A stretch of 64,000 bases of DNA from contig JAMCXB010000028.1 of assembly GCA_023480735.1 (NCBI GenBank), positions 280 through 64,279 of the forward strand, in the 5' to 3' direction. A program made the position numbers and the translations under genes. Below, piece by piece: positions 51,796 to 61,124 of this stretch. How positions within the stretch are numbered: position 1 is the stretch's first letter; every line of letters begins with the position of its first letter. A model generated the notes under the pieces. It did no database searches and was not told where the DNA came from. It saw only the letters and a list, made by a program, of their open reading frames with translations. This stretch comes from Bacteroidota bacterium. GTDB lineage: Bacteria > Bacteroidota > Ignavibacteria > Kryptoniales > JAKASW01.

Positions 51796-52375
51796 ATGTG
51801 CAGCTACGATCCGAAGAAGCATCACCGGAGATCTATTCGCCTGAAAGGCTACGACTACTCCCTCCCTGGAGCATATTTCGTGACAATGTGTATTCAGGAT
51901 TGGGAATGGAGATTCGGGGTGGTAGTGGAGGGTGAGGTGCAATTATCTCCTACGGGGGAAATCGCTCATCGATGCTGAGAGGAGATTCCACGGCATTTCA
52001 AGAACGCCGCTTTAGATGAGTTTGTAATCATGCCAAATCACATGCATGGCATTATAGTTCTGCAAGCTCGAGATGAAGTAGAGACTTCAGTCGGGGTTGA
52101 ACATGTTCAACCCCGACTGAGTGATCTCAATACTGAAATTGAAATGCAAAATCGATATCAGCACGTAATTCCAGGATCAATCAGCTCAATCGTAAGATCG
52201 TACAAAGCTGCAGTCACGAAGCTTTGTCGAGAATCGGGAATAGTTGATTTCAAATGGCAACGTAACTATTACGAGCATATTGTCAGGAATTATCAGGCGC
52301 TTAGTGCCATTCGAACATATTATCCGCAACAATCCTGCAAAGTGGTCAATAGATCATGACGCACATAAACCCTAA
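51796..52375 (+). pseudogene. REP-associated tyrosine transposase (IS200-like Y1, RAYT) with an in-frame TGA and a 3' frameshift
   Basis: HHRRSIRLKGYDYSLPGAYFVT...MPNHMHGII...WQRNYYEHIVRN. The TGA at 51976-51978 replaces the conserved Trp (IAHRC*EEIP). The conserved end ...IRNNPAKWSIDHD is only readable in the +1 frame from about 52322, with its stop at 52373-52375. Confidence 0.8.
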
Positions 52376-52386
52376 ACATGCGATTG

Positions 52387-52614
52387 CTATGATTCTTGCT
52401 TCCAGTTTTCCTCAGACTTCTTCACTATTTGATCGAACTTCTCGTCGAAGTGGCCGTTGAACCACGCGTCGATGACCGAGCGCTTGAACCGCCATTCCTT
52501 CCCGAGCTTCGCCGCCGGGATCCGCTTCTCCTGTGCCCAGGTGTAGATTGTCTGCGGCTTCACCTTCAGATATGCAGCCACTTCTTCCAGTGTCATGATT
52601 TCATCTTCTGGCAT
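52387..52614 (-). CDS. helix-turn-helix (excisionase/MerR-type) DNA-binding protein
   Basis: MTLEEVAAYLKVKPQTIYTWAQEKRIPAAKLGKEWRFKRSVIDAWF. Confidence 0.8.
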   Translation of the reverse strand: MPEDEIMTLEEVAAYLKVKPQTIYTWAQEKRIPAAKLGKEWRFKRSVIDAWFNGHFDEKFDQIVKKSEENWKQES

Positions 52615-52615
52615 C

Positions 52616-53380
52616 TTACCTCACCACCTTCGTCGTGTCCTGGAATAGTCGCGGGTGCATGTTGGGACTATGACCCTGGTTCGTGTTGTCAGGTGCGGCC
52701 GACAGCTGCTGGATCGAATAGACCACGGCAGTATAAAAATTCCCTTTATACTTCTTGAACATTGCGTAAGCCGCTGTCTTTTCCGCAAGAAACGGCTGAA
52801 GGTTCCAGGCAAGCTGTATTCCGACGAAGGCGAGTATTACAACCCAGAACCTGAAAACTACAACCCCCGTCCTCGGATACACATTTTTTTCTTCACAGGA
52901 ATACTTAAGGGCGTCGAGAACCATCTTCATCCCGAAGATTCCCGACACGACGAAAATTGCTATGTGCAGGAGCTGGAGGAAGTAATAGTTGCCCCCCGTC
53001 AGGACGAAGAGCAACACGATCGGGGTGAACGAGACCATGATGGCGCCGGTGAGCACATATCCCGACAATACGATGACGGCCATATGCGTCAGCTTCATCT
53101 TCGAGCCGAGTATAAGTTGGAGAATGAAGAAGGCGGGAAAGCATATCAGCAGCGACAGGAGGAAGAGTATGGGTACTTTCACTCCCGCAGTGACTGCCTG
53201 TAACGGTCCGCTGTAGAATCCCATCACGATGCCGTAGACCAGCGTAAGGGCTGCAAAAGCAATTGTCAGTTGCCATACCCGGCGCCACGGGGTTGTATCG
53301 TGAAGGATTCTCTCGAAGAACTCGTCTTTGTTTTGCAGGCCGGGCAGCAGGTCGGTAAGACTAAACTTCTCGTTTGCCAT
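52616..53380 (-). CDS. polytopic membrane protein, function unknown
   Basis: ATG at 53380 with an AAAGGAG SD. 254 aa with about 5-6 TM segments. Its stop is 1 nt from the start of the HTH gene. Confidence 0.6.
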   Translation of the reverse strand: MANEKFSLTDLLPGLQNKDEFFERILHDTTPWRRVWQLTIAFAALTLVYGIVMGFYSGPLQAVTAGVKVPILFLLSLLICFPAFFILQLILGSKMKLTHMAVIVLSGYVLTGAIMVSFTPIVLLFVLTGGNYYFLQLLHIAIFVVSGIFGMKMVLDALKYSCEEKNVYPRTGVVVFRFWVVILAFVGIQLAWNLQPFLAEKTAAYAMFKKYKGNFYTAVVYSIQQLSAAPDNTNQGHSPNMHPRLFQDTTKVVR

Positions 53381-53701
53381 AGCACGACTCCTTTCTTCAA
53401 AACCATTCAGGAATTTCGTACTTAATTTATGTTTATAATACTGTATTGTCAAGTGTTCTATTGTTTATTATTGTTTAATGCTGTGCGGCGGCACTTTCTG
53501 CCCCCTGTAAACGATTGCGAATCAGACGGATGTGTATGTTGTCTTCCGGCATCGACGGTATCGCTTGGCGCTCCTCCGCAATGCCGATTTTCTTCCAAGT
53601 CTGTGGGCCGTCGAATAACGTCTCCTCGGTCGGGGAGTGCACCTTGAGCAGCCCATTCACAGTACATATATTTTTCTGAAGAAGAACGAAGGAGATAAGC
53701 C

Positions 53702-54241
53702 GTGAGCAATTATGATGTTGCCACTCTGGGTGGCGGATGCTTCTGGTGTACCGAGGCGGTGTACGATAATCTTAAAGGGGTGATAAGCGTTGAGTCCGGG
53801 TATTCTGGAGGCAATGTCCCAAACCCATCCTACGAACAGGTCTGCACTGGGAGCACCGGTCATGCGGAAGTCGTCCAGGTCACATTCAATCCGCAAGAAA
53901 TTTCATTCGAAGACATTCTGCGGATTTTCTTCACCGTCCACGACCCCACGACGCTCAACCGGCAGGGAAACGACGTCGGCACGCAATACCGGTCCGTGAT
54001 TTTTTACCACGACGAAAATCAGAAAAAGGCTGCAGAGGAGATAGTGAATGAGATTGCCTCCGAGAAGATATGGGATAATCCGATAGTGACTGAGCTGGCG
54101 CCTTACACGGCGTTCTACAAAGCGGAGGATTATCATCAGGAATATTTCGCGAATAATCCGAATCAGGGGTACTGCCGCGTCGTGATAGCGCCGAAGATAG
54201 CGAAGTTCAGAAAGCACTACGCCGACAGGTTGAAGATATAA
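53702..54241 (+). CDS. msrA: peptide-methionine (S)-S-oxide reductase
   Basis: [15 protein letters not shown]...[10 protein letters not shown]...DYHQEYF. GTG start with an AAGGAG SD. Confidence 0.96.
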   Translation: MSNYDVATLGGGCFWCTEAVYDNLKGVISVESGYSGGNVPNPSYEQVCTGSTGHAEVVQVTFNPQEISFEDILRIFFTVHDPTTLNRQGNDVGTQYRSVIFYHDENQKKAAEEIVNEIASEKIWDNPIVTELAPYTAFYKAEDYHQEYFANNPNQGYCRVVIAPKIAKFRKHYADRLKI

Positions 54242-54485
54242 GAAGGTGTCTCTCGCGGAGGGAACTCAAACGATTAGCCGGCCATCCTTCACCTGATAGG
54301 TTGTTAACCGACACTCTGTCGAGCGACGACAGAGTAAAGGTGGTGAAAGCTTATTCATCAAGTATCACTCCTTTTTCCTCCGAGATAACCGTCTCCGGGC
54401 CGATTTCTGCCGTAGGTTCTTGTTGAATCTTCTCGGTTTCTGGCTTACTTTCAGGATGTCAGAGGGAAGCAGTTCAATAAAAACA

Positions 54486-54965
54486 ATGGCGGTGAGTCCA
54501 ATGCAAATCTATCAGTCTTTGATTGATCGGTTGAGAAATCAACACGAAGCGATCGCGAATGTGGTGGAAGGTTTGGATGAAAAACGCCTTGCGGCTCATC
54601 CGGAACCGGAGAAGTGGTCAATCCACGACAACATCGCTCACCTTGCAAAATACCAGCCCGTGTTTATGGAGAGGATAAACGCGATACTCAACCTGGATGA
54701 ACCTACGTTCAACGCATACCGGGCAGAGTATGATCCCGATTTTGAAACTTGGAGAAGGTGGGATACTCCTAACCTTCTTGGCAAGCTCGACAGCGACCGG
54801 AGGGAAATTTTCGATATGATAACGGGTCTGAGCAGCGAGGACCTTGCGCGTGCAGGCATCCATAAGAAAAGAGGAAGACTGAGCGTTGTCGATTGGACGG
54901 AGCTCTTCGTCCTCCACGAGGCACACCATATGTATACGATTTTTCAGCTCGTTCACAACGCGTAA
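54486..54965 (+). CDS. DinB family protein
   Basis: Start chosen at the ATG at 54486. ...KWSIHDNIAHLAKYQPVF...LFVLHEAHHMYTIFQL carries the DinB His triad pattern. Confidence 0.8.
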   Translation: MAVSPMQIYQSLIDRLRNQHEAIANVVEGLDEKRLAAHPEPEKWSIHDNIAHLAKYQPVFMERINAILNLDEPTFNAYRAEYDPDFETWRRWDTPNLLGKLDSDRREIFDMITGLSSEDLARAGIHKKRGRLSVVDWTELFVLHEAHHMYTIFQLVHNA

Positions 54966-55269
54966 AGAAAGCGGCTCGATCCGGATGACCGCTTGTTCCA
55001 CCCGCCAGAGTCGGGCGGGGCGCCTCGCTTCTCCGTGAGGAAACGCCGATTATGAAGCGTCCTCCAGTATCCCTGTCGCTGATTCGAACGGTCCCAAACA
55101 TGTCTCGGGCAAATTGCGGGACGGACCATAAGGTGCTTTTTCCGCATCCCAATCTCTCAATCTGCAGAAGTGCCGGAAATCGAGCGGCTTTAACGATCTC
55201 ATCCAGTTCGCTGAACGCATTTCACTTTTCTTCGTCCATACAATCAAAAAGTTGCCATGGAGAAGCAGG

Positions 55270-55751
55270 ATGAACATATCGAGCAACACGGTGCTGATCA
55301 CAGGAGGCGGAACGGGAATAGGTCTCTGTATCGCAGAAGAATTCGTAAAATCAGGAAACGAAGTAATTATTTGCGGCAGAAGGGAAGAGAAGCTGAAGGA
55401 AGCCCGGACGAAGCTTCCCCGGATTCACACGAGGATAAGTGACGTTTCGAATCTGAAGGACCGTGACGATCTCTTCAATTGGGTGACCTCGAATTTCGAG
55501 GGCATCAGATGAAAGACACATCTGTAAAAGTGTTCGAAGTCATTCTGCCGACCGTGGACACTGAGCTCGACAAAGGGACGCGCGCCCAGAGGAATATGAG
55601 TTACAGGAGGATCCCACCGTCAGAGCTCGCGGTCGCAACCATGAAGGCGTTGGCGGAAGATCGGTTCGAATGTGCAGTCGGCCAGGCGCAGAACCTTGTC
55701 GAGGCTTCACGAAACAACTTTGACGAACAGTTCAACCGCATGAACCACTGA
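55270..55751 (+). pseudogene. short-chain dehydrogenase/reductase with an internal out-of-frame deletion
   Basis: The N-terminal TVLITGGGTGIGLCIAEEF...ICGRREEKL ends at 55512. The C-terminal ...KDTSVKVFEVILPTVDTEL... reads in another frame from about 55500. The central ~95 aa, including the catalytic YxxxK, are missing. Confidence 0.75.
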
Positions 55752-55904
55752 CAACTCGGCCGGGCGCATAGCGAAGTACCCCGTCCCCGTCTTACTTTTG
55801 TCCCATCTCATTACACGTTTCCCTGTTTGCCTTGGCAGGCTCTATCCCCTATAATAAGTTGTTGAAGTTTGGCGGAGGACAAGAGAATTGGTACAGGTGA
55901 TTCT

Positions 55905-56222
55905 ATGGAGACATTGAGGATTCGGAAGGCGACGAAGAAGGATGCGGGACTCCTGGCAGAGTTCCGGTATCGCATGTTCAGGGACATGGAACCGGGAAAA
56001 GACTTCTCGAGGGTGAAGGCAAGCTTTGTAAGGAAATCACGGGAGTATTACAACAAACACATAGGCTCGAAGAATCAGTACGATTGCCTTGCAGTATTGG
56101 ATGACAAGGTGGTCGGCTGCGGGTCGATCCTCTTCTGGGACAGGCCCCCTCATATCGGACATCTTGAAAACTCGATGGGATATACCACGAACAAGACTTA
56201 TCTGGAATACGAGTTACGGTGA
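55905..56222 (+). pseudogene. GNAT N-acetyltransferase, truncated before acetyl-CoA motif A
   Basis: METLRIRKATKKDAGLLAEFRYRMF...AVLDDKVVGCGSILF.... It stops at 56220-56222 without the R/Q-x-x-G-x-G/A motif. Confidence 0.55.
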
Positions 56223-56297
56223 CCCGGGAGCCACATCAGTTGGTCGGCCTATTTGATGCCTGGTTGCTGTTTACGTGAAAACTTGCGGAGTGCGTAA

Positions 56298-58520
56298 ATG
56301 AAGAGTTTATTGTCCTGCTTACTTTTGTTGACCTTTTCCATTGGTGTCTGCAATTCCATGGCGCGGAGCTGTCACCAGAACGGAGTAAGCCTGAAAGTTT
56401 CAAACAACCGTTTAAATGTCAAGTGGGGAGGCAACGTGCGGCTTTCCGGCGGCACGCCTCTGATTCAAAACATGAGAGACTCAGGCAAAGCGACCTGCAG
56501 GGCGATCAGTGATTCCGCTTTCGCTTTTCGATTCCGGAACGGAGAACGCCTCGGCGTTGTAGCGAGAAGGCTGGCCTACAAAAATGTGACGGGTCTGTTC
56601 CTGATCACGCACGGCAACAGACCGTCGATCGGAAAGGATTACATCGGCCTCTTCTTCGATAAATTTCCGGGTTACAAGCAGGGAATATCCTACTGGTTTA
56701 TGCAGGATTGGAATGCGTGGACCAAGCCGATGAAGGTGAAAAATCCGGCCGATTTCCCCGATCACGGCGTTCAGTTTTTCCTCTGGCAATACAGAGACGG
56801 GACCTACGGCGCGGCGATGCCGCTAAGCGGAGAGGGTTATGAAACCGCACTCGGAAGAAGCGGCGAGGGAATCGGAGCAAAAGCGGTGAGCGGGTACGAT
56901 AGCACGCAGGCGGCGGAAATACCGATGCTCGCAATTGGGTTTGGAAAGGATCCGTACGTGCTTATCTCTGAGCTGTACCACGACGGGCTGTCGATGATCG
57001 GAAGAGGGAAAGATCTCCGAGTGGACAAGAAGTATCCGGAGATCCTGGACTACTTCGGCTGGTGTACCTGGAACGCATCAGATCTCGGAAAGAATCTGAG
57101 CGCAAAGCTTCTATTAAGCGGAGCGAGATCATTCTACGACCATAAGTTTCCTCTTTCGTGGATCATAATTGACGACGGTTGGCTGCAGAACAACGGAAGG
57201 GGAGCCTTGACAAGTTACAGGCCGAAGCCTTCCGGATTCCCCGAGGGCTTCAAGCCGGTGATACGCGAACTGAAGAAAGACTACGGCATTAAGTATGTCG
57301 GTGTGTGGCATACAATCGACGGCTATTGGAACGGGATCGACACGAATTCCGCAATCGGGCGACGCTTCAGGAATGCCATGTTCTCATGGACTGAAACGAA
57401 TCGCATGGGAAAAGTCTCGAGATTCGATTTCATCTCTCCGTATTCCGATTCCCTTTCCATGTTTTATGACGACTGGTATCAATACCTGAGAGCGCAAGGA
57501 GTCGATTTCGTTAAGGTTGACAATCAGCTCTCCGTACCGGATATGGCGAGAGGCAATTTCCCGGTATTCGACTTTGCGGAGAGAATTCACAGTCAGCTGA
57601 ACAGAGCGGTCGACAAATACTTCGGCAACACCATGATAAACTGCATGGACATGGGTAACGACGCATATTACAACTTCGGCTCCACGGCCGTCGCCCGTAA
57701 CGAGGAAGATTATTTCCCTTATGAACCTGGCGAGAGCTACAACATGATGAGGGGAAACACCGCCGTGCATGTGCTGAACGCCGTTACGAATTCACTCTGG
57801 TTCGGACAAATGGTTTACTCGGATTACGATGAGTTTGAGAGCTACAATCCCAACGCAACCTTCCACGCCATTGCGCGCGCAATCAGCGACGGCCCGGTTT
57901 ACGTAACCGACAAACCGGGTAAACAAAATTTCAATGTCCTTTTCCCACTTGTCTACCGGGACGGCAGGATAATCCGAACAGATGTGCCAGCGAGACCAAC
58001 GCGAGATTGTCTGTTTCAGGTTCAGGACCCGAAGCCGTTCAAAGCGTTCAGCAGGTCCGGGAAAATTGGTTTGATCGCCATTTGGAATGTGGCAGACACC
58101 AATTTAGTTGCCGGCACTTTCAAGCCGTCGGACGTACATGGAATTCGCGGCAAGCGTTTCCTTGTTTACGAGTATTTTTCAAAGTCTCATATGATTGCCG
58201 GGCGGAACCAGGCTATTCCCGTAAAGCTCGGAAGGTTTGGATACAGGCTGTATTATGTCTCTCCCATCAAAAACGGTTTTGCGCCGGTGGGTCTAACCGA
58301 CAAGTATAATGCCCCTGGAACGATTGAGAGCTGCACTCGAAGCGGCAGCGTTGTGACTTTGAAGATCGGTGAATCGGGTCCGTTCACCGCGTATTCCTCA
58401 AAGCGTCCGAAGGAAGTCAAGGTGAACAATTCGAAGGTTCCATTCAAATACGTCGGCGGTATGATTTCGGTGAATATCAAGGGAAGACTGGAGCAGCCTG
58501 TAATTCGGATCGTATTCTAA
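56298..58520 (+). CDS. GH36-like glycoside hydrolase (raffinose synthase/Sip1 family, alpha-galactosidase-like), secreted
   Basis: Signal peptide MKSLLSCLLLLTFSIGVCNS. YFGWCTWNA, WIIIDDGW, GVDFVKVDNQ, SDYDEF. Confidence 0.82.
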   Translation: MKSLLSCLLLLTFSIGVCNSMARSCHQNGVSLKVSNNRLNVKWGGNVRLSGGTPLIQNMRDSGKATCRAISDSAFAFRFRNGERLGVVARRLAYKNVTGLFLITHGNRPSIGKDYIGLFFDKFPGYKQGISYWFMQDWNAWTKPMKVKNPADFPDHGVQFFLWQYRDGTYGAAMPLSGEGYETALGRSGEGIGAKAVSGYDSTQAAEIPMLAIGFGKDPYVLISELYHDGLSMIGRGKDLRVDKKYPEILDYFGWCTWNASDLGKNLSAKLLLSGARSFYDHKFPLSWIIIDDGWLQNNGRGALTSYRPKPSGFPEGFKPVIRELKKDYGIKYVGVWHTIDGYWNGIDTNSAIGRRFRNAMFSWTETNRMGKVSRFDFISPYSDSLSMFYDDWYQYLRAQGVDFVKVDNQLSVPDMARGNFPVFDFAERIHSQLNRAVDKYFGNTMINCMDMGNDAYYNFGSTAVARNEEDYFPYEPGESYNMMRGNTAVHVLNAVTNSLWFGQMVYSDYDEFESYNPNATFHAIARAISDGPVYVTDKPGKQNFNVLFPLVYRDGRIIRTDVPARPTRDCLFQVQDPKPFKAFSRSGKIGLIAIWNVADTNLVAGTFKPSDVHGIRGKRFLVYEYFSKSHMIAGRNQAIPVKLGRFGYRLYYVSPIKNGFAPVGLTDKYNAPGTIESCTRSGSVVTLKIGESGPFTAYSSKRPKEVKVNNSKVPFKYVGGMISVNIKGRLEQPVIRIVF

Positions 58521-58857
58521 ATTGTCATACAAACCGTTGAAAACACAGTAGACATCGTGGAGCGTGAGTGTCCCGACTCGACGCTGACAAAGCCGGGAAA
58601 ACCAATGCCCTATAAGATCACGAGGGAGACAAAGATCTATTGAGAGTTTCCACCTGCATGGCCTAAATATATTGCAATCGCTGTGGGTCGGCGTATTCGC
58701 ATAATGATTTTCCGTGATGCATATTATAGATGACTACCGGAGCCAGGGGCTTCGTGAGAATCGATCCTGTTCCAGGCTGACAACGCCGGGTTTGCGCTGA
58801 CGCGGCATGTTATGAGGGTCGGTCAAATGGAATTGTCCTTGAAAAGGGAGGCTGAAT

Positions 58858-59283
58858 ATGGGACAAGTTGTTGCGCGGTGCGGGTTCAGGTGCGATGCAT
58901 GCATGGCATACGTCGGAAACAACCATTCAAATGATGATCAGGTAAAAGTCGCAGCGGCGTGGTCGAAGTATTTCGGGTTGAACATAGCTCCGGAGAAGCT
59001 TCACTGCAACGGATGCTGGGGCGAACAGTGCGCCGGAAAAGATCTGCCCGATCCTTCCTGCCCTATACGCGCGTGCGTGATGGAGAGGGGAATGAATACA
59101 TGCGCCGACTGCTACGACTACCCATGCGAGAAGATGGAGTCGAAGATGAACGGAGTCGAGGAAGTCATCCGGCAATTCAAAGGCAAGATCACACACGAGG
59201 AGTTCGACACCTATATGGCGCCGTACGATGCGAGGAAGACTCTTGAAGAGATGAGAGACCGCCGGGTAGACAGAATAGATTAA
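58858..59283 (+). CDS. DUF3795 domain-containing Cys-rich protein
   Basis: CGFRCDACMAY...CNGC...CPIRAC...CADCYDYPC. GGGAGG SD upstream. Confidence 0.8.
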   Translation: MGQVVARCGFRCDACMAYVGNNHSNDDQVKVAAAWSKYFGLNIAPEKLHCNGCWGEQCAGKDLPDPSCPIRACVMERGMNTCADCYDYPCEKMESKMNGVEEVIRQFKGKITHEEFDTYMAPYDARKTLEEMRDRRVDRID

Positions 59284-59327
59284 ACCACGGTGTCATGCTT
59301 TAGAATTTCTCTGAGTCGTCAAGGGTT

Positions 59328-60378
59328 GGGTCTGCGACAAAAAAGGAATGGATTTGGGGATAGCGTTATATTCCTCCTGTAAATAGACGGGAGGAGCAAA
59401 TGAATTTAGCAGAATTAGAGAAGCGGCGAGAGGAAATCTTGTCCGAGATCGGAGGCATCGGGGACATGCGCAGCGGTAGTATCAGCGTACGTTATCAACG
59501 GTGCAGCTATAAGGGGTGTGAATGCCACAAGAAAGGACACCCCGGACACGGTCCGATCTATTCTTTTTCAACAATGCGTGATGGGAAGACTAAGATCAAT
59601 AATTACAAGTTAGGTCTGGAATTAGCGAAGGTGGAGAAGGAAGTGGAGAATTACCAGCGGTTCAGAGAGTTGACACAGAAACCGATCGCTGTGAACAACG
59701 AGATATGCGAGAAGAGGTCGGTGCCGGTGGTTAAGGATGAAATGGAGTTGGAGGAGATTAAAAAAAACTCGAGAAGCTATTCAGGAAGCGGATCAATGTG
59801 GAGGCTACCATTCGTGGAGTAGAACGTGGAGGTAGAGTGTGTGTGCTTGGAGATCCCGACGAAGGTCGGGATGGATATGGAACATTGCAGAGGAGTACTT
59901 TCCGGGAGCCACTCAAATAATAGACGAGTGTCATGCGAGAGGGCATTATTGGAATGTAGCGAAGTTGTTTTTCGGGAAGGATGAAAAGCGGCGGCAGAGG
60001 TGGGCAGAAAAGCGAAAGAGAGAACCGGACGACGGAAAGGCGGAAAAAGTCATAAGGAGCATCAATCGACTTAATCCATCAACAGCCGAACAGAAGGAGG
60101 TGTGCCAACGAGAAATCGGATATTTTGAGAACAACAAACATCGTATGCGCTATGACCAGTATCGCCGCGAGGCACTCTTTGTTGGTTCTGGTGTAATTGA
60201 AGCCGCCTGTCGTTCACTTGTCGGGCAGAGACTAAAGCAATCCGGGATGCATTGGACCGTTAGAGGTGCAAATAGCATAATTGCTCTTCGTTGCTGCATC
60301 TTGAGCCGACTCTGGGAAGACTTCTGGGAATACAGAGCCGCAGCCTGATGAAACTTTGTTACTTCTTTGTCGCACACC
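59328..60378. mobile_element. decayed ISKra4-like insertion sequence (about 1.05 kb) with imperfect terminal inverted repeats
   Basis: IRL GGGTCTGCGACAAAAAAG (59328-59345) versus the reverse complement of 60361-60378, GGGTGTGCGACAAAGAAG (16/18 match). IRR lies 13 nt after the transposase stop. Confidence 0.7.
59400..60348 (+). pseudogene. ISKra4-family-like DDE transposase, internally deleted and frameshifted
   Basis: The N-terminal Zn-ribbon-like part is ...RYQRCSYKGCECHKKGHPGHGPIYSF... (59400-59822). The C-terminal part is WIWNIAEEYFPGATQIIDECHA...GYFENNKHRMRYDQY...VGSGVIEAACRSLVGQRLKQSGMHWT (59839-60348). The central catalytic region is missing. Confidence 0.7.
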
Positions 60379-60654
60379 CATACGACCTTGCGAGGTTGCA
60401 TTTGAAAACATCGGGGACTAAATTCGCCATGGAACGGGGGAAAGATGGAATGTGTTGTATTGATTGCTACCTAAAAGTGACGGAAATTTGCACGAATGGC
60501 TGATATATAAGCCAACCGAAGGAGGAGGATCGAGCTGATATGGCTCGAAAAACGGTGAGTTTCCCCGCAAACATCGGGGAACCTAATGTTGGCGAAGTCT
60601 CCGCGTTCCTGCAAGACTTCTACCCATTCTCCGTGGGCTCTATTGGATAAGCGC

Positions 60655-61113
60655 GTGAATGACACAAGCCAATTTGTAGTGTTCACACTTGATGGGTTGG
60701 CTTATGCTTTGCGTCTCTCTGTCGTGGAGAGAATCGTGCACGTGGTTGAAGTTACGCCCTTGCCGAAGGCACCGGAAGTTGTTCTTGGCGTGATCAATGT
60801 TGGGAGGAGAATCATCCCCGTCATAGACATCCGAAAGCGTTTTCGATTGCCGGAACGGGAAGTGAACCTGAGTGACCAGCTAGTCATTGCCAATACTTCG
60901 AAGCGGAACGTCGCGCTTATCGTGGATTCAGTCACCGGTGTCATTGAACGGTCGGTTGCAGAAGTAACAGCTGCGGAACAGGTTATTCCCAATGTGAAAT
61001 ATGTCGAAGGTGTGGCAAAGCTCGAAGACGGCATGGTTCTCATCCACGACCTTGATGAGTTTCTCTCGCTCGACGAGGAAAAAGCGCTCGATGATGCAAT
61101 GGGGAAGAGCTAA
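60655..61113 (+). CDS. cheW: chemotaxis coupling protein CheW
   Basis: FVVFTLDGLAYALRLSVVERIV...LPKAPEVVLGVINVGRRIIPVIDIRKRF. The ORF is open from 60586, and the GTG at 60655 was chosen because it precedes the conserved start. The start is uncertain. Confidence 0.85.
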   Translation: MNDTSQFVVFTLDGLAYALRLSVVERIVHVVEVTPLPKAPEVVLGVINVGRRIIPVIDIRKRFRLPEREVNLSDQLVIANTSKRNVALIVDSVTGVIERSVAEVTAAEQVIPNVKYVEGVAKLEDGMVLIHDLDEFLSLDEEKALDDAMGKS

Positions 61114-61124
61114 ACAGGGAAGAA

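Noticed and set aside
51976-51978. The in-frame TGA at a conserved Trp position as evidence for TGA=Trp recoding or an alternative genetic code.
   Set aside because: TGA clearly terminates other well-delimited genes here, for example DUF72 at 2371-2373, the adaptor gene at 48000-48002 and ORF6N at 47426-47428. The same gene also carries a second lesion, a 3' frameshift. A nonsense mutation is the simpler reading.
55040-55152. A minus-strand ...LGCGKSTLWSVPQFARDMFGTVRISDRD... segment resembling the N-terminus of a shikimate-kinase-type P-loop protein.
   Set aside because: Only about 35 residues are suggestive, and a stop codon lies immediately upstream, so the Walker A G-x4-GK[ST] motif is incomplete. 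The rest of the ORF is antisense to the DinB gene. It may be yet another remnant, but I cannot support it.
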